From Eubacteriales bacterium (GTDB taxonomy: Bacteria > Bacillota > Clostridia > Peptostreptococcales > Anaerovoracaceae), in the NCBI GenBank assembly GCA_037144355.1, contig JBAWWY010000007.1, forward strand, positions 1,083 to 65,082: a stretch of DNA of 64,000 bases, written 5' to 3'. Of the stretch, positions 25,539-35,919 are shown in pieces (the first letter of the stretch is position 1; the number at the start of each line of letters is the position of its first letter). Below the pieces are notes generated by a model. That model saw only the letters and a list, made by a program, of their open reading frames with translations, was not told the origin of the DNA and ran no database searches. The position numbers were made by a program, and so were the translations under genes.

Positions 25539-27521
25539 TTAAATCAAGCCGTTTTTTCCCAATATTCTATAGATTGTCGATCTGCTAACTTGGAGAACAT
25601 CAGCAGCTTTTCTAATATTTCCATTATTGCTGTCTAGAATATTTTTAATATATCTTGCGGTGGCTTTTTCTAATGATTCAATTTCAATCATAGCAGTTGA
25701 TTTTTCCTGGCTATTGTCCATAATATCCTTCGGGATTACATTTATGTTTATTGTTTCTTGCTGGGACATAATAAGCATTCTCTCAATTACGTTGTAAAGT
25801 TGTCTAACATTGCCTGGCCAATTGTATTTCATTAGAATTTCCTGAACATCTTTGCCAATTCTTTTATTCTTATTTTGTATATTGTTGCTATTCAGAAGAT
25901 AATGGTTTATTAAAGTAGGTATATCGCTTTTTCTTTCCCGCAAAGCTGGCAATTTAATATGAATAACATTCAATCTGTACAATAAATCTTCTCTGAAGTT
26001 GCCATGCTCCACTTCTTGCTTCAAATCAGAATTGGATGCAGAAATGATTTGAACATCGATTGGTATCGGAACATAACCCCCAATCCTAACAATCCTATTT
26101 TCCTGCAGTACTCTAAGAAGCTTGACCTGCATCTCAAATGGCATATTCCCGATTTCATCCAAGAAAAGAGTCCCTCCATTTGCTAATTCAAATTTGCCGC
26201 GATGGCCACCTTTTCTAGCGCCTGTATAAGCACCTTCTTCGTAACCAAAGAGTTCGCTTTCCAGCAATTCTCTTGGAATTGCACCACAGTCGACTGCTAT
26301 GAAAGGTCCGTTCCTTCTTTTACTGCTATTGTGGATTGCCTGGGCAAACATTTCCTTCCCAGTCCCACTTTCTCCTTCAATTATTATTCTGGTTCCATGT
26401 GAAGCGGCCTTTCTTCCAAGATCAATAGCTTCTTCCAACAAATTCGACTTGCCGACAATATCTCCGAAAGTGAAGTACGCCCTATTTTCAGCATTAAGCT
26501 GAGTAGCCATTTCCTGGATTTCAGCCATTTTGGTGAAGACTAGTATCCGATTTAAATCCTCTTTATCGTCGGTTGTTAAAAACCTGAGATTTAGAAAACA
26601 ATTATAACTATTAAGCTTTCCGACAATACGTATTTCCTTGATTTTCGAAGCACCTTCAATTGTATTGATATTCCCAATTATTTTGGGTGAGGTCTGAAGC
26701 ATACTAACGCTGTTGCCAATTAAATCTTCTTTCCTTACCCCAGCCATCTGTGCAATAACATTATTGGCCTGTGTAATTATATTTTTACTATTTATATATA
26801 TTATTCCTTCAGCAACCGTATTTATTATGTCATCTTGTTGTATATTCTGATTTAATATTTGAGAATGTATCTCCTTTAATTGAAGTTCATTTTCAATTGC
26901 TTTTGCAGCTGCGACTATCATACCAAGTGTATATTTGCTAAGAGAGTTTATTTGGCCTATCATGCTTAAAATTGCAATTGGCCTTTCGTCCCTATCAAAT
27001 ATAGGCGCCGCATAGCTTGCATTCTTTTGAAAAATCTGGCAGTAATGCTCCGCTCCAACCACGTCGATAGGCTTTCCACTGATAAGTGATAGTCCGCAAG
27101 CGGTTGTGCCGATAATATTTTCATTAATGCTGCTTCCGATTGGGAAAACCAATTCGTTATCGCTAATAAAATTTGAATTGTTCAAATTCCTAAGCAAATA
27201 ACCTTCATTATCAATGATTTGAATGCTTATCCCAATCTCATCGACAATTTCTATCAACGTTTCCATAAATGGAAGCGCTGTATTTATCAGCTCTGAATTT
27301 AATTTTATCCGCTTTGAAAGATCATCCTGAGCTATGGTTGCTTGTGGAAGTTCTCTCATCATGTAATCAATATTGTACTTCTTAGATCTTTTCCATGAAT
27401 CCAAAATCTCCTGACGCATAGCTTCATCAATAATCTTCCCTGTACGAACAAAATTAACCCAGGCATATTCATACCTAAGTATTTCAGGGTTTTCCGCATT
27501 TAGAAATGGGTCGTAATTCAT
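25539..27521 (-). CDS. Sigma-54-dependent transcriptional activator (N-terminal AcoR-like/GAF + PAS + AAA+ + Fis-type HTH), paralogue 1
   Basis: 660 aa. GESGTGKEMFAQAIH (Walker A), the GAYTGA loop (GAFTGA variant), FLDEIGNMP, and C-terminal AADVLQVSRSTIYR. Confidence 0.9.
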   Translation of the reverse strand: MNYDPFLNAENPEILRYEYAWVNFVRTGKIIDEAMRQEILDSWKRSKKYNIDYMMRELPQATIAQDDLSKRIKLNSELINTALPFMETLIEIVDEIGISIQIIDNEGYLLRNLNNSNFISDNELVFPIGSSINENIIGTTACGLSLISGKPIDVVGAEHYCQIFQKNASYAAPIFDRDERPIAILSMIGQINSLSKYTLGMIVAAAKAIENELQLKEIHSQILNQNIQQDDIINTVAEGIIYINSKNIITQANNVIAQMAGVRKEDLIGNSVSMLQTSPKIIGNINTIEGASKIKEIRIVGKLNSYNCFLNLRFLTTDDKEDLNRILVFTKMAEIQEMATQLNAENRAYFTFGDIVGKSNLLEEAIDLGRKAASHGTRIIIEGESGTGKEMFAQAIHNSSKRRNGPFIAVDCGAIPRELLESELFGYEEGAYTGARKGGHRGKFELANGGTLFLDEIGNMPFEMQVKLLRVLQENRIVRIGGYVPIPIDVQIISASNSDLKQEVEHGNFREDLLYRLNVIHIKLPALRERKSDIPTLINHYLLNSNNIQNKNKRIGKDVQEILMKYNWPGNVRQLYNVIERMLIMSQQETININVIPKDIMDNSQEKSTAMIEIESLEKATARYIKNILDSNNGNIRKAADVLQVSRSTIYRILGKNGLI

Positions 27522-27683
27522 TATTTACCTCGTTTGCTGTAAATGTCTCATTTTAAAACATTTTTCAAATAAAAAATAATCCTATGCATATGCTCATAGA
27601 TTACTTGCTAATTTTATCACTAATTGTATTAAAATCAAACAAATATGAACAATATTATAGAATTATTTATCATGTATATTTAT

Positions 27684-28004
27684 TTAGAAATTGACAACCT
27701 TGTCAGCCCATTCAACCATATCGACGCAATCAATCATAGTTGAAAGCGGACATATTTCCGTTCCCTCCATGTCTCTTGCTATAAGGCATGTTCCGCAAGC
27801 TAGGATTTCACCACCAGCCTGGTTGAATAAATTTAACTGTCCAGATACATCATACTTGAGATTTGATAGTGTTTCGATCTCAACAGCCTCTCCCATTAAA
27901 AATACTTTGACGTCGTGCCCTTTTTTCTTTGAAGCAACAGCAAAACGCAATGCATTCCAAGCCTTTTCATATTCTTTCGTTTCCAATATAATACCTATTT
28001 TCAT
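27684..28004 (-). CDS. DsrE/DsrF-like family protein
   Basis: MKIGIIL...AWNALRFAV...KVFLMGEAV...ACGTCL. Start set at MKIGI, which follows RBS ggaggg. Confidence 0.6.
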   Translation of the reverse strand: MKIGIILETKEYEKAWNALRFAVASKKKGHDVKVFLMGEAVEIETLSNLKYDVSGQLNLFNQAGGEILACGTCLIARDMEGTEICPLSTMIDCVDMVEWADKVVNF

Positions 28005-28063
28005 TGTTTTCCCTCCGATCACTTGTATTTGCTTAAATTACTCTACAAATACTATACCTCATT

Positions 28064-29158
28064 TTAGTCAATAATGTATCTTTGTGCTTCTTTCTTTTCA
28101 ACAAATATTACAAATGATGGATCAATATATATCATTGTTGGCTGTGGAAGTTTTTTAATTTCTTCCCTAAGTTCCTGACTAATTTCCCATTGTATATGAA
28201 AATCCGTTGCTTTTTCTGGTTTCGATCCAATCTTTAAATATAAGGTCGTTCGAAATGGTGTCTCATTTTCATCAGCAATCCAAACTTGAAAGCAATTTTC
28301 TATTTTTAAATTATCCGCCAGTTTTATATGATTAGCTCTAATCCCCGCAAAACCGGAGTCGATTTGTATTTTCTTGGTGGTTTTAAGTTGAATACCCCAG
28401 TCTGGTATTTCTATTTCATTATCAGATTTTCTGATTGCTTCTGATAAGTTTTTGCATCCTGTTATCTTGGCGACTTCAAGAGTTATTGGATTATGAAACA
28501 ATTCCCGCTTTTCTTCAAACTCCTCAACCCTGCCAGCGTTTAGTACGGCAATCCTATCGCATAATCTGTATGCTTCCTCCATATTATGAGTAACTTGTAT
28601 AGTAGTTCCTTTGAATTCCTTCAACGTCTCTAGCATTTCCTTGATCATATGGGTCCTAAGATGATTGTCGAGGGCAGAAAAAGGTTCATCTAAAAGTAAA
28701 ATTTCCGGATCCACTATTAAAGCCCTTGCAAGTGCTACCCGCTGCTGCTGTCCACCGGATATCTGAGCTGGATATTTCATCTCCATATCCTTCAAGCGGA
28801 ATTTTTTCATCAGGCCGTCAACTTTGTCATTTTTCTCTTTTGCATCTAGCCCATCCAAACCAAAAGCAATGTTCTGCCTAATAGTCAAATGTGGGAAGAG
28901 GGCATAATTTTGAAATAAAAAACCAACTTTTCTTTCTCTCGGCGGTAGATTGATTTTTTTTTGCGAATCAAACAGAGTCTTCCCATTAATAACAACCATT
29001 CCCTCGTCAGGTTTAACAAGTCCAGCTATGCAATTTAACAGCATGCTCTTACCCGAACCTGATGCCCCAAGTATACCAATAATTTCTTTACCAGATGAAA
29101 TTTCAACATCTAAATTGAATCCGGGAAGATTTTTTTTAATATTTATATAAAGCTCCAT
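28064..29158 (-). CDS. modC: Molybdate ABC transporter ATP-binding protein with a C-terminal regulatory domain
   Basis: GASGSGKS (Walker A), ISGGQQQRVALARAL (signature), LLLDEPFSALD. Genomic context with modB/modA. Confidence 0.8.
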   Translation of the reverse strand: MELYINIKKNLPGFNLDVEISSGKEIIGILGASGSGKSMLLNCIAGLVKPDEGMVVINGKTLFDSQKKINLPPRERKVGFLFQNYALFPHLTIRQNIAFGLDGLDAKEKNDKVDGLMKKFRLKDMEMKYPAQISGGQQQRVALARALIVDPEILLLDEPFSALDNHLRTHMIKEMLETLKEFKGTTIQVTHNMEEAYRLCDRIAVLNAGRVEEFEEKRELFHNPITLEVAKITGCKNLSEAIRKSDNEIEIPDWGIQLKTTKKIQIDSGFAGIRANHIKLADNLKIENCFQVWIADENETPFRTTLYLKIGSKPEKATDFHIQWEISQELREEIKKLPQPTMIYIDPSFVIFVEKKEAQRYIID

Positions 29159-29159
29159 C

Positions 29160-29846
29160 CTACTTCCTCCCAACGCCATACATCATCTTGCTTTGATAGC
29201 TGTTCCAATAATTCATAAGAACAATGACGGTTAGTGAAATTGCAAATATAATTGAAACCCAAATCACTGCAATTCTCATATCTCCGCTTTGAGTGGCAAA
29301 GTAAATGGCAATTGGTATAGTCTGTGTTTTACCTGGAATACTTCCAGCAACCATTAAAGTGGCACCAAATTCCCCTAGTGACCTGGCAAAGGCAAGGGCA
29401 GTTGCAGCAGCGATACCTGGCCATGCCATAGGTACTGTTACTTTCCAGAATATTTTCCATTCTGACACTCCAAGTGTTCTTGCTGCATTTAGTATATTTG
29501 GATCAATTTGCTCGAAGGCTCCCCTCGATGTTTTATACATTAGTGGGAAAGCTACAACCGTTGCAGCAATAACTGCAGCGTACCAAGAAAATACAATATT
29601 CACTCCAAAAAGGTTTAGAAAATTACCGATTGGCCCGTTTTTTCCTATCAGCAATAGAATCCCAAAGCCAGCCACTGTAGGGGGCAATACAAGAGGCAGC
29701 GTCAAGATACCATCGAGTAAACCTTGCCATCTGCCTCTATAATTTGTCATCAACCACGCAGTAAATAAACCAAGAAAAAATATTATTAATGTTGCTGTAA
29801 ATGTAATCTTGATTGAAATCCATGCTGGTGATAGGTCAAAATTCAT
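29160..29846 (-). CDS. modB: Molybdate ABC transporter permease
   Basis: 228 aa with 5-6 TM and the EAA-type loop NAARTLGVSEWKIFWKVTVP. Ends in TAG. Confidence 0.8.
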   Translation of the reverse strand: MNFDLSPAWISIKITFTATLIIFFLGLFTAWLMTNYRGRWQGLLDGILTLPLVLPPTVAGFGILLLIGKNGPIGNFLNLFGVNIVFSWYAAVIAATVVAFPLMYKTSRGAFEQIDPNILNAARTLGVSEWKIFWKVTVPMAWPGIAAATALAFARSLGEFGATLMVAGSIPGKTQTIPIAIYFATQSGDMRIAVIWVSIIFAISLTVIVLMNYWNSYQSKMMYGVGRK

Positions 29847-29902
29847 TTTTTGCTCCGATTCTTGTTTTCTATAATCTATGATTTCTATTTTTAGTCTCTA
29901 TT

Positions 29903-31036
29903 TTATAAAACGCTAAATCCATATTTCAAAAATATAGCCTTTACAGAATCACTGCTTAAAAAATTCATGAAATCTTTTGCTGCTTCAGAATTTTTTGTCG
30001 ACTTAATAACTGCTGCAGGGTAAATGATTGCCTTATGCGAAGCATCTGAAGCTGTTGCAATAACAGCTACCTTTGTTGAGACTTTTGCATCTGTTGAGTA
30101 TACTACACCTGCGTCCACATTTCCAGTTTCTACCCAGGTTAATACTTCTTTAACATCTTTTCCATAAACTGCTTTTGCCTTAACTTGATTCAATATCTTC
30201 AAATAGGTGAAAACTTGCTCTGCATATTGTCCAGCAGGAACTGTTGTTGGTTCTCCCAAAGCAATTTTCTTGATAGATGCGTCTAAAACATCTGAAAAAC
30301 TTGTTATTGCTACCTTTGAATCCTTAGGAACAATGAGAACAACTTTATTACCTAGCATATTTTTCAATGTTGTATTATCTAATAGGTTTTTATCCTTTAA
30401 TAACGTCATGCTGCTTGAAGACGCTGAAAAAAACAAATCGACTGGTGCTCCCTGCTCAATTTGTTGCTCAAGTGCTCCTGAAGCACCAAGATTAATTGTT
30501 AATGCAGTATTCGGTTTTTCTTTTAAGTATAGTGCCTTGACTTCATTCATGGCATCCTTTAGGCTTGATGCTGCAGAAATCGTCAATTCCGCTTTTGTAA
30601 CAACATTAGCTGTAACAATTCCATTTTTGGAGGTTGCATCAATCTTGTAGCCTAATGCATTTCCAATATATCTAATTGGAACGTAAACTCTATTTCCGAT
30701 TATTACAGCAGTTGTATCCATAGTAATAGTGCCATATGCTGTACTGATTTTATTTGAACCAACTTTAATCTGGATATCTCCATCTATTGTCGCAGTTTTC
30801 GTATTCTGATTCCATGTAATTGTTGCTCCCAGATTTTCAGAAACAAATCTTATTGGTGCTTGAATTCGATTTGCAGAGTCGATATAGACCATTCCATATG
30901 TAGCTGGGATTGAAATACTTGATCCATCGATGGCAATACCTGCTTGCTTGGAAAGGGCCGTTGATGGCACTAATGATACTATGAAAAATAGGGACATTAT
31001 TGTGAAAAGTGCGATTCCTCTTTTGATTTTTTCCAT
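29903..31036 (-). CDS. modA: Molybdate-binding protein ModA fused to an N-terminal copper-amine-oxidase-N-like (cell-envelope 'stalk') domain
   Basis: Signal peptide, then an IAIDGSSISIPA...RIQAPIRFVSENLGATITWNQ...NRVYVPIRYIGNALGYKI domain. The ModA core follows: LTISAASSLKDAM...GASGALEQQIEQGAPVDLFFSAS...TVPAGQYA. Confidence 0.75.
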   Translation of the reverse strand: MEKIKRGIALFTIMSLFFIVSLVPSTALSKQAGIAIDGSSISIPATYGMVYIDSANRIQAPIRFVSENLGATITWNQNTKTATIDGDIQIKVGSNKISTAYGTITMDTTAVIIGNRVYVPIRYIGNALGYKIDATSKNGIVTANVVTKAELTISAASSLKDAMNEVKALYLKEKPNTALTINLGASGALEQQIEQGAPVDLFFSASSSSMTLLKDKNLLDNTTLKNMLGNKVVLIVPKDSKVAITSFSDVLDASIKKIALGEPTTVPAGQYAEQVFTYLKILNQVKAKAVYGKDVKEVLTWVETGNVDAGVVYSTDAKVSTKVAVIATASDASHKAIIYPAAVIKSTKNSEAAKDFMNFLSSDSVKAIFLKYGFSVL

Positions 31037-31169
31037 TGTTTTCTCCTTATTATCTTTTTTAGTTTATTATTGTTATGTTTCGTTATTTTTTAATCGTTTT
31101 TATTATAATTTGCAATCTTATAAAAAGCAATATAGAATATATATAATATTTTAAAAAGTAGGTGTTTAA

Positions 31170-31691
31170 ATGAGAAACGATATATTATTCACTCCAGAGG
31201 AAATTGCAAACAGGCTGAAGATAACAAAAAATACTGTTTATGAAATGATTAAACGAGGGGATATTCATGCACATCGCATAGGCAAGCATCTTCGCATTTC
31301 CGAGTCACAGTATGAAATATTTATTTTGGAATCCAAAGGAGCAGAAAATATTTATGAGGCATCCATAGTTGAAGAAAACAATAACATCCTCGCGACTGTT
31401 GGATTAGTAAGTTTTCATGTCAATACTGAATTAAGAGGCGCATGTAAGGTTTCCATACGCCCGGAAGATATCATATTAAGTAAAGGTGAGTTTGTCAGCA
31501 GCGCAAGAAATATGCACAAAGGAAATGTCACTAATATAATTGTTGATGGTCAAAGTTCCAAAGTGGTTTTAGATATTGGTATCCCTATTGTCGCCCTTAT
31601 TACCAAGAGGTCGTTGGACGAAATGAAGATTGAGATTGGATCTGAGCTATATGTTGTTTTCAAGACCATGTCCATTACAGTTTATCGATAG
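31170..31691 (+). CDS. Excisionase/MerR-type HTH + TOBE (molybdate-binding) domain regulator, divergent from modABC
   Basis: FTPEEIANRLKITKNTVYEMIKRGDIHAHRIGKHLRI (HTH_17-like). The C-terminal ~70 aa is a TOBE-like beta domain (VTNIIVDGQSSKVVLDIG...). Confidence 0.65.
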   Translation: MRNDILFTPEEIANRLKITKNTVYEMIKRGDIHAHRIGKHLRISESQYEIFILESKGAENIYEASIVEENNNILATVGLVSFHVNTELRGACKVSIRPEDIILSKGEFVSSARNMHKGNVTNIIVDGQSSKVVLDIGIPIVALITKRSLDEMKIEIGSELYVVFKTMSITVYR

Positions 31692-31773
31692 TAAAATAAT
31701 ATTTGGTTGCTAATTATTGCAACAATTCAGTGTTTAAATATTTCGAGATTGCCACATCTCAGCATTCCAAGAT

Positions 31774-32433
31774 TTATTCAACCAATGTGTAAATATCATC
31801 GAAAGTCTTCTTGCCTGGGCTTTTCGGATTATCTTCGGGAACCCCAAGGCTGAGCATCGCCCCCATGAAATAACCCTCTTTTTCAAAATCAATCTCCTTC
31901 TTAAGGAGTTGCTCGATTTCTTCAGCAGCATAGTTGGCGCTGGTGATCCAGCATGTCCCATAGCCCGATTCGATTGCTGACAAGGTCAGGTTCTCCACCG
32001 CAGCTCCAAGACTTTGCATACCTGGATTTCTATGTAGAACTATATCATCCAATATTTCCTTTGAAGCATCAATAAATACCAACTCGTGGTATCCAGAAGG
32101 ATAATAAGTAGTTGTATAAATCACAATTAAAACTGGAGCTTTCAAGAAAAATAAAGTGAAGTTCTTCGCGAATTTTCTAAATTTATCTCCTTTTTCCGGA
32201 TCAATTTTATCAGTAATCAATGAAATCTCTTCATTTTTTTCTATCAAGGCATCTCCGATCTTATTTATCAGAGATTTGTTTTTTATTACAACAAAATGCC
32301 AGTTTTGAATATTTTTACCTGATGGAGCCGTACCTGCGTTCCTGATGATTTTCTCCAAGTCTTCCCTGGGAACATCTACATCTTTAAAGTGTCTTATACT
32401 TTGCCTTTTCTTAAGTATTTCTTGAAGTTCCAT
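31774..32433 (-). CDS. Nitroreductase-family FMN oxidoreductase
   Basis: KKRQSIRHFKD...APSGKNIQNWHFVVI is a typical nitroreductase N-terminus. Confidence 0.8.
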   Translation of the reverse strand: MELQEILKKRQSIRHFKDVDVPREDLEKIIRNAGTAPSGKNIQNWHFVVIKNKSLINKIGDALIEKNEEISLITDKIDPEKGDKFRKFAKNFTLFFLKAPVLIVIYTTTYYPSGYHELVFIDASKEILDDIVLHRNPGMQSLGAAVENLTLSAIESGYGTCWITSANYAAEEIEQLLKKEIDFEKEGYFMGAMLSLGVPEDNPKSPGKKTFDDIYTLVE

Positions 32434-32494
32434 TATTTCTCCTTATTCAATTAAATGGCTAAATCTCCATTCCTATTACAATATCCTAATTGAA

Positions 32495-33253
32495 TTAGAC
32501 AATTTCTTCCAACTTTTGCTTTGCTAGTTCCCTAAATTGGTTATCACTTGGTGCTTTTTCCAGTAAATATTCAAGGTCTTTTTTCGCATCGTCTAATCTT
32601 CCAAGTTTGGCGAGAAGAAGACTTCTATAATAAAGAGAGTCCGCATCTTTTGGGCTAATTGCCAGTGCGGAATTATAGTCTTCCAAAGCCCCTTCTATAT
32701 TGTCAAGTTGTTCTTGAACTTTTCCCCTATGGGTATAGGAACAGGCAAAGCCTTTTCTTACCTCAACTGCCTTCGTAAAATCAGCAAGGGCAGCTTCATA
32801 GTCGTGCAACTTATAATGCGCAAGTCCAATATTGTTGTATGCTCCTCCAAAAGATGGGTTCAATTTGATTGCTTTTGAAAAATCGTAAGTTGCCTTTAAT
32901 AACTCCCCAATTGCAGCATATGCAAGTCCCCTATTGTAAAAAGCGATTTCATTTTCGGAATTTATAAGGAGTGCCGCTGAGAAATCAGATATGGCATCCT
33001 GATAATTACCAAGTGATGAAAGAATCTCGCCTCTTAGATTCAGCGCCTCGCTATTGCCAGGTTCCAAATATATAGCTGAATTGCAGTCATTAAGGGCCTC
33101 ATCAAATTGAGCCATCTCGTCAAGAAGCATAGCTCTTAAAATATATGGCTTCGCACTCATCGGTTCCTCGGTATAAGCTTTTTTATATTCTTCAATAGCT
33201 TCCTTATATTTTTCTTCTTTTTCATAATGCATTGCTTGTATAAGGTGTGACAT
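32495..33253 (-). CDS. Tetratricopeptide (TPR) repeat protein
   Basis: Repeated A..Y/F..A...P 34-mer pattern throughout (e.g. ALNLRGEILSSLGNYQDAISDFSAAL; AYNNIGLAHYKLHDYEAALADFTKAVE). Confidence 0.85.
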   Translation of the reverse strand: MSHLIQAMHYEKEEKYKEAIEEYKKAYTEEPMSAKPYILRAMLLDEMAQFDEALNDCNSAIYLEPGNSEALNLRGEILSSLGNYQDAISDFSAALLINSENEIAFYNRGLAYAAIGELLKATYDFSKAIKLNPSFGGAYNNIGLAHYKLHDYEAALADFTKAVEVRKGFACSYTHRGKVQEQLDNIEGALEDYNSALAISPKDADSLYYRSLLLAKLGRLDDAKKDLEYLLEKAPSDNQFRELAKQKLEEIV

Positions 33254-33418
33254 CTCTCAACCTCCGATCCTATTGGCAAATATGCTTTAATTAAATTGCC
33301 TTACTAGGACATTTTAGTTTAAAACTGCTTTATTTTCAATCAATAATGAAAAATCCGGATGAATAATGATCATCCGGATTTATAATTCATATTTTCTCCA
33401 ACACCAAACCTCAATAAT

Positions 33419-33523
33419 TTAGTTTGTTTCTTCAGGTTTTTTAACCGATGAAATTATTATTGGAACTATCTTGTCTTTCTTTGGCTTTTTCTTTGTTTCT
33501 TTTTTTATGCTTTTGTCTCCCAT
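33419..33523 (-). CDS. Possible 34-aa lysine-rich small protein
   Basis: Not in the ORF track (shorter than 60 aa). A strong RBS (aagaggaggtg) precedes the ATG. Translation: MGDKSIKKETKKKPKKDKIVPIIISSVKKPEETN. Followed by the hairpin terminator ATCCGGATGA-ATAATGA-TCATCCGGAT + T-run (33346-33381). Confidence 0.35.
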   Translation of the reverse strand: MGDKSIKKETKKKPKKDKIVPIIISSVKKPEETN

Positions 33524-33663
33524 GTGAAACACCTCCTCTTTTAAAATGAACCTAATTATGGAACATTTTGTTGCCTTAAGCTTTTCGATATTACTAGAAT
33601 ACCTAAAATCAAGCTAAAAAGCAAGTAAAAGCAGATTAAATAGAGGAATTCCCCTGGGTGATG

Positions 33664-33834
33664 CTATAAATTTTTATTGCTTTTTTTCCTCTTGTTTACA
33701 CTTTCACTTAGGAGATACTCGATTTGGCCGTTTATTGATCTAAAGTCATCTTCGGCCCATGCCGCCAATTCTTTCCAAAGGGTTGGAGATAACCTTAGAA
33801 GCAACTGCTTTTTATCTTTTTCCTTGCCTTCCAC
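33664..33834 (-). CDS. Ribbon-helix-helix (Arc/CopG-type) DNA-binding protein, 56 aa
   Basis: Not in the ORF track. GTG start after RBS aaagggga. Translation: VEGKEKDKKQLLLRLSPTLWKELAAWAEDDFRSINGQIEYLLSESVNKRKK... matches the RHH pattern L-R-L-P-x-x-L...RS(L/I)N-x-(E/Q)I. Confidence 0.5.
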   Translation of the reverse strand: MEGKEKDKKQLLLRLSPTLWKELAAWAEDDFRSINGQIEYLLSESVNKRKKSNKNL

Positions 33835-33905
33835 TAAATTTATCCCCTTTCTTTGAAACTTATTTGCTAATTTACCCTATTTCTATTTAAAGGATATATC
33901 TAACT

Positions 33906-34940
33906 TTAATAGATAGATCCGCTGTTTATAATAGGTTGTGCGCCTTTGTCCCCGCATAATACTACAAGAAGATTGCTCACCATGGCAGCTTTTCGTTCCT
34001 CATCCAGTTGTACTATATCTTTTTCGCTCAATTTTGTAAGTGCCATTTCAACCATGCCTACAGCACCTTCCACAATAAGTTTCCTTGCATCAATTATCGC
34101 CGATGCCTGTTGTCTCTGCAGCATTGCTGCGGCTATTTCCGGAGCATAAGCCAAATGAGTTATCCTAGCCTCGCTAATTTCTAAGCCAGCAAGATTTACC
34201 CTTGATTGTAGTTCGACTTTGATTTTCTCTGCGACTTCCTGGCTGCTTCCCCTCAATGACTTCTCATTATCTGTGTTCGCTGAATCATAAGGATAAAGCC
34301 TCACAATATTACGAAGTGATGAATCGCACTGTATTGAAAGGAATTCTTTGTAGTTGTCCACATTGAAGGCTGCCATTGCGGTGTTCACAACTTTCCATAT
34401 TACTACAACACCAATAATAATTGGATTTCCCAATTCGTCATTGATCTTTTGTTTGTCATTATTTAGAGTCATGGTCTTTAAAGACATTATTCTGCTTTCT
34501 TTCCTGATGTTTATGGAAGGACTAGTCTTGCTAGTTCCAGTTGTCCCTTGTTCCATTGATATCCCGGCAAATATCCCTGCTGATGCGGCTGGATTAAAGG
34601 CTGATACAAAAGGATTCACAAAGAAAAACCCTTGGCCTTTCAATGTTCCATAATATTTCCCAAACAAAGTTAAAACCAAAGCTTCATTTGGCTTGAGTAT
34701 CTTTAATCCTGCAAATAGTATTGGCCCAATCAGGCAAAGATATAACGCGCTGATTATTATCAAGGAAAGTCTTGCAGCAAATCCAAAAGGTGTATCTATT
34801 AATGTAAGCTGGTAAATTAGAACAAAACAAGATGCCAACATTAGAAATATGTTTAAAATCAAAGCCAGCATTCCATTCTTTGCCTTTGGATCGATTTCTG
34901 CAAGTTGTTGCTCCTTATTGATTGAAACTATATCTGTCAT
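33906..34940 (-). CDS. SPFH/Band-7 domain membrane protein
   Basis: Two N-terminal TM helices, then an SPFH-like core and [16 protein letters not shown]. Start moved to MTDIV, which follows RBS aaaggggga. Confidence 0.65.
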   Translation of the reverse strand: MTDIVSINKEQQLAEIDPKAKNGMLALILNIFLMLASCFVLIYQLTLIDTPFGFAARLSLIIISALYLCLIGPILFAGLKILKPNEALVLTLFGKYYGTLKGQGFFFVNPFVSAFNPAASAGIFAGISMEQGTTGTSKTSPSINIRKESRIMSLKTMTLNNDKQKINDELGNPIIIGVVVIWKVVNTAMAAFNVDNYKEFLSIQCDSSLRNIVRLYPYDSANTDNEKSLRGSSQEVAEKIKVELQSRVNLAGLEISEARITHLAYAPEIAAAMLQRQQASAIIDARKLIVEGAVGMVEMALTKLSEKDIVQLDEERKAAMVSNLLVVLCGDKGAQPIINSGSIY

Positions 34941-35164
34941 TTCAATTCCCCCTTTAAAGAATAATAAATTATTATTTATGTGATATTGTTTTGATATCAT
35001 ATAAATATTAATATGACGAATGTATCTTGTCAAGAATATTTTTTTTTACATACTTTTAATTCTTATCAAGCAATAAAATCGAGAAGATGTGTTCTTCCAA
35101 ATTATCCAAATCTTTGATATAATTAGAACTAGTAAATCTTAAGTTTTATTAAAGGGAGATCGAT

Positions 35165-35905
35165 ATGAGTGATCGAAAAACAACAATAATTTTAGCTGCT
35201 TTTACAGTGGTTTTTCCCGTTGTAATCTATTGTCTACAACTATGGATATTCGAAGACCCACGAACAACTTTTTTTTACCTGTTGCAGGACCTGGCATTTG
35301 TTCCAATTTCCGTTGCTCTTGTAACTTTGGTATTCAATAAATTGCTCAGCAACCGAGAAAATGCTCAGAAAATCAAACGTAACAATGTGATGATTACAAC
35401 TTTCTTTGTTGAAAGTGGAACCGATATGATCGTGGAAATGGCTAAGTTCAATAAGAATTTTGAAGAATTTAGGAAGATACTGGCATCAAACAATCTAACT
35501 GGTACGGAAATAATAGAAACTAAAGCGAATGCTTCGAACTATAATTTTATCGTTGACTCAAGAACTGGAGATTTGGAGGAATTCGCCAAATTCTTTACTT
35601 CAAAACGAAATTTCATGTTGAGCATGCTGGATAATAGAACCTTGCTTGAGCACGATACTTTTACCGATATGCTTTGGGCGATATTCCATTTAGCTGATGA
35701 ACTGCAAAGCAGGGCAAATCTTAAAGAATTGCCTGCTCCGGATATGGACCACTTATCTATTGACATTCTAAGGGCTTATAAGCTCATTATTTTGGAATGG
35801 ATTGATTATATAAAATATCTTGGTGGAGATTATCCTTATCTTTTTTCTCTAGCCGTTAGAAAGAATCCTTTCAGTGATAATATCGACGTCAGGATATTGA
35901 AGTAG
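35165..35905 (+). CDS. Hypothetical membrane protein (2 N-terminal TM helices)
   Basis: ORF with a good RBS (aaagggaga). No family recognised. Confidence 0.4.
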   Translation: MSDRKTTIILAAFTVVFPVVIYCLQLWIFEDPRTTFFYLLQDLAFVPISVALVTLVFNKLLSNRENAQKIKRNNVMITTFFVESGTDMIVEMAKFNKNFEEFRKILASNNLTGTEIIETKANASNYNFIVDSRTGDLEEFAKFFTSKRNFMLSMLDNRTLLEHDTFTDMLWAIFHLADELQSRANLKELPAPDMDHLSIDILRAYKLIILEWIDYIKYLGGDYPYLFSLAVRKNPFSDNIDVRILK

Positions 35906-35919
35906 GTATTGCGTGATTG

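Noticed and set aside
31125-31155. TATA-rich elements in the modA/regulator intergenic region, considered as ModE-type operators (TATAT-N7-TAYAT-like).
   Set aside because: In such AT-rich DNA these matches are expected by chance, so they are mentioned only as a possibility under the ModA finding.
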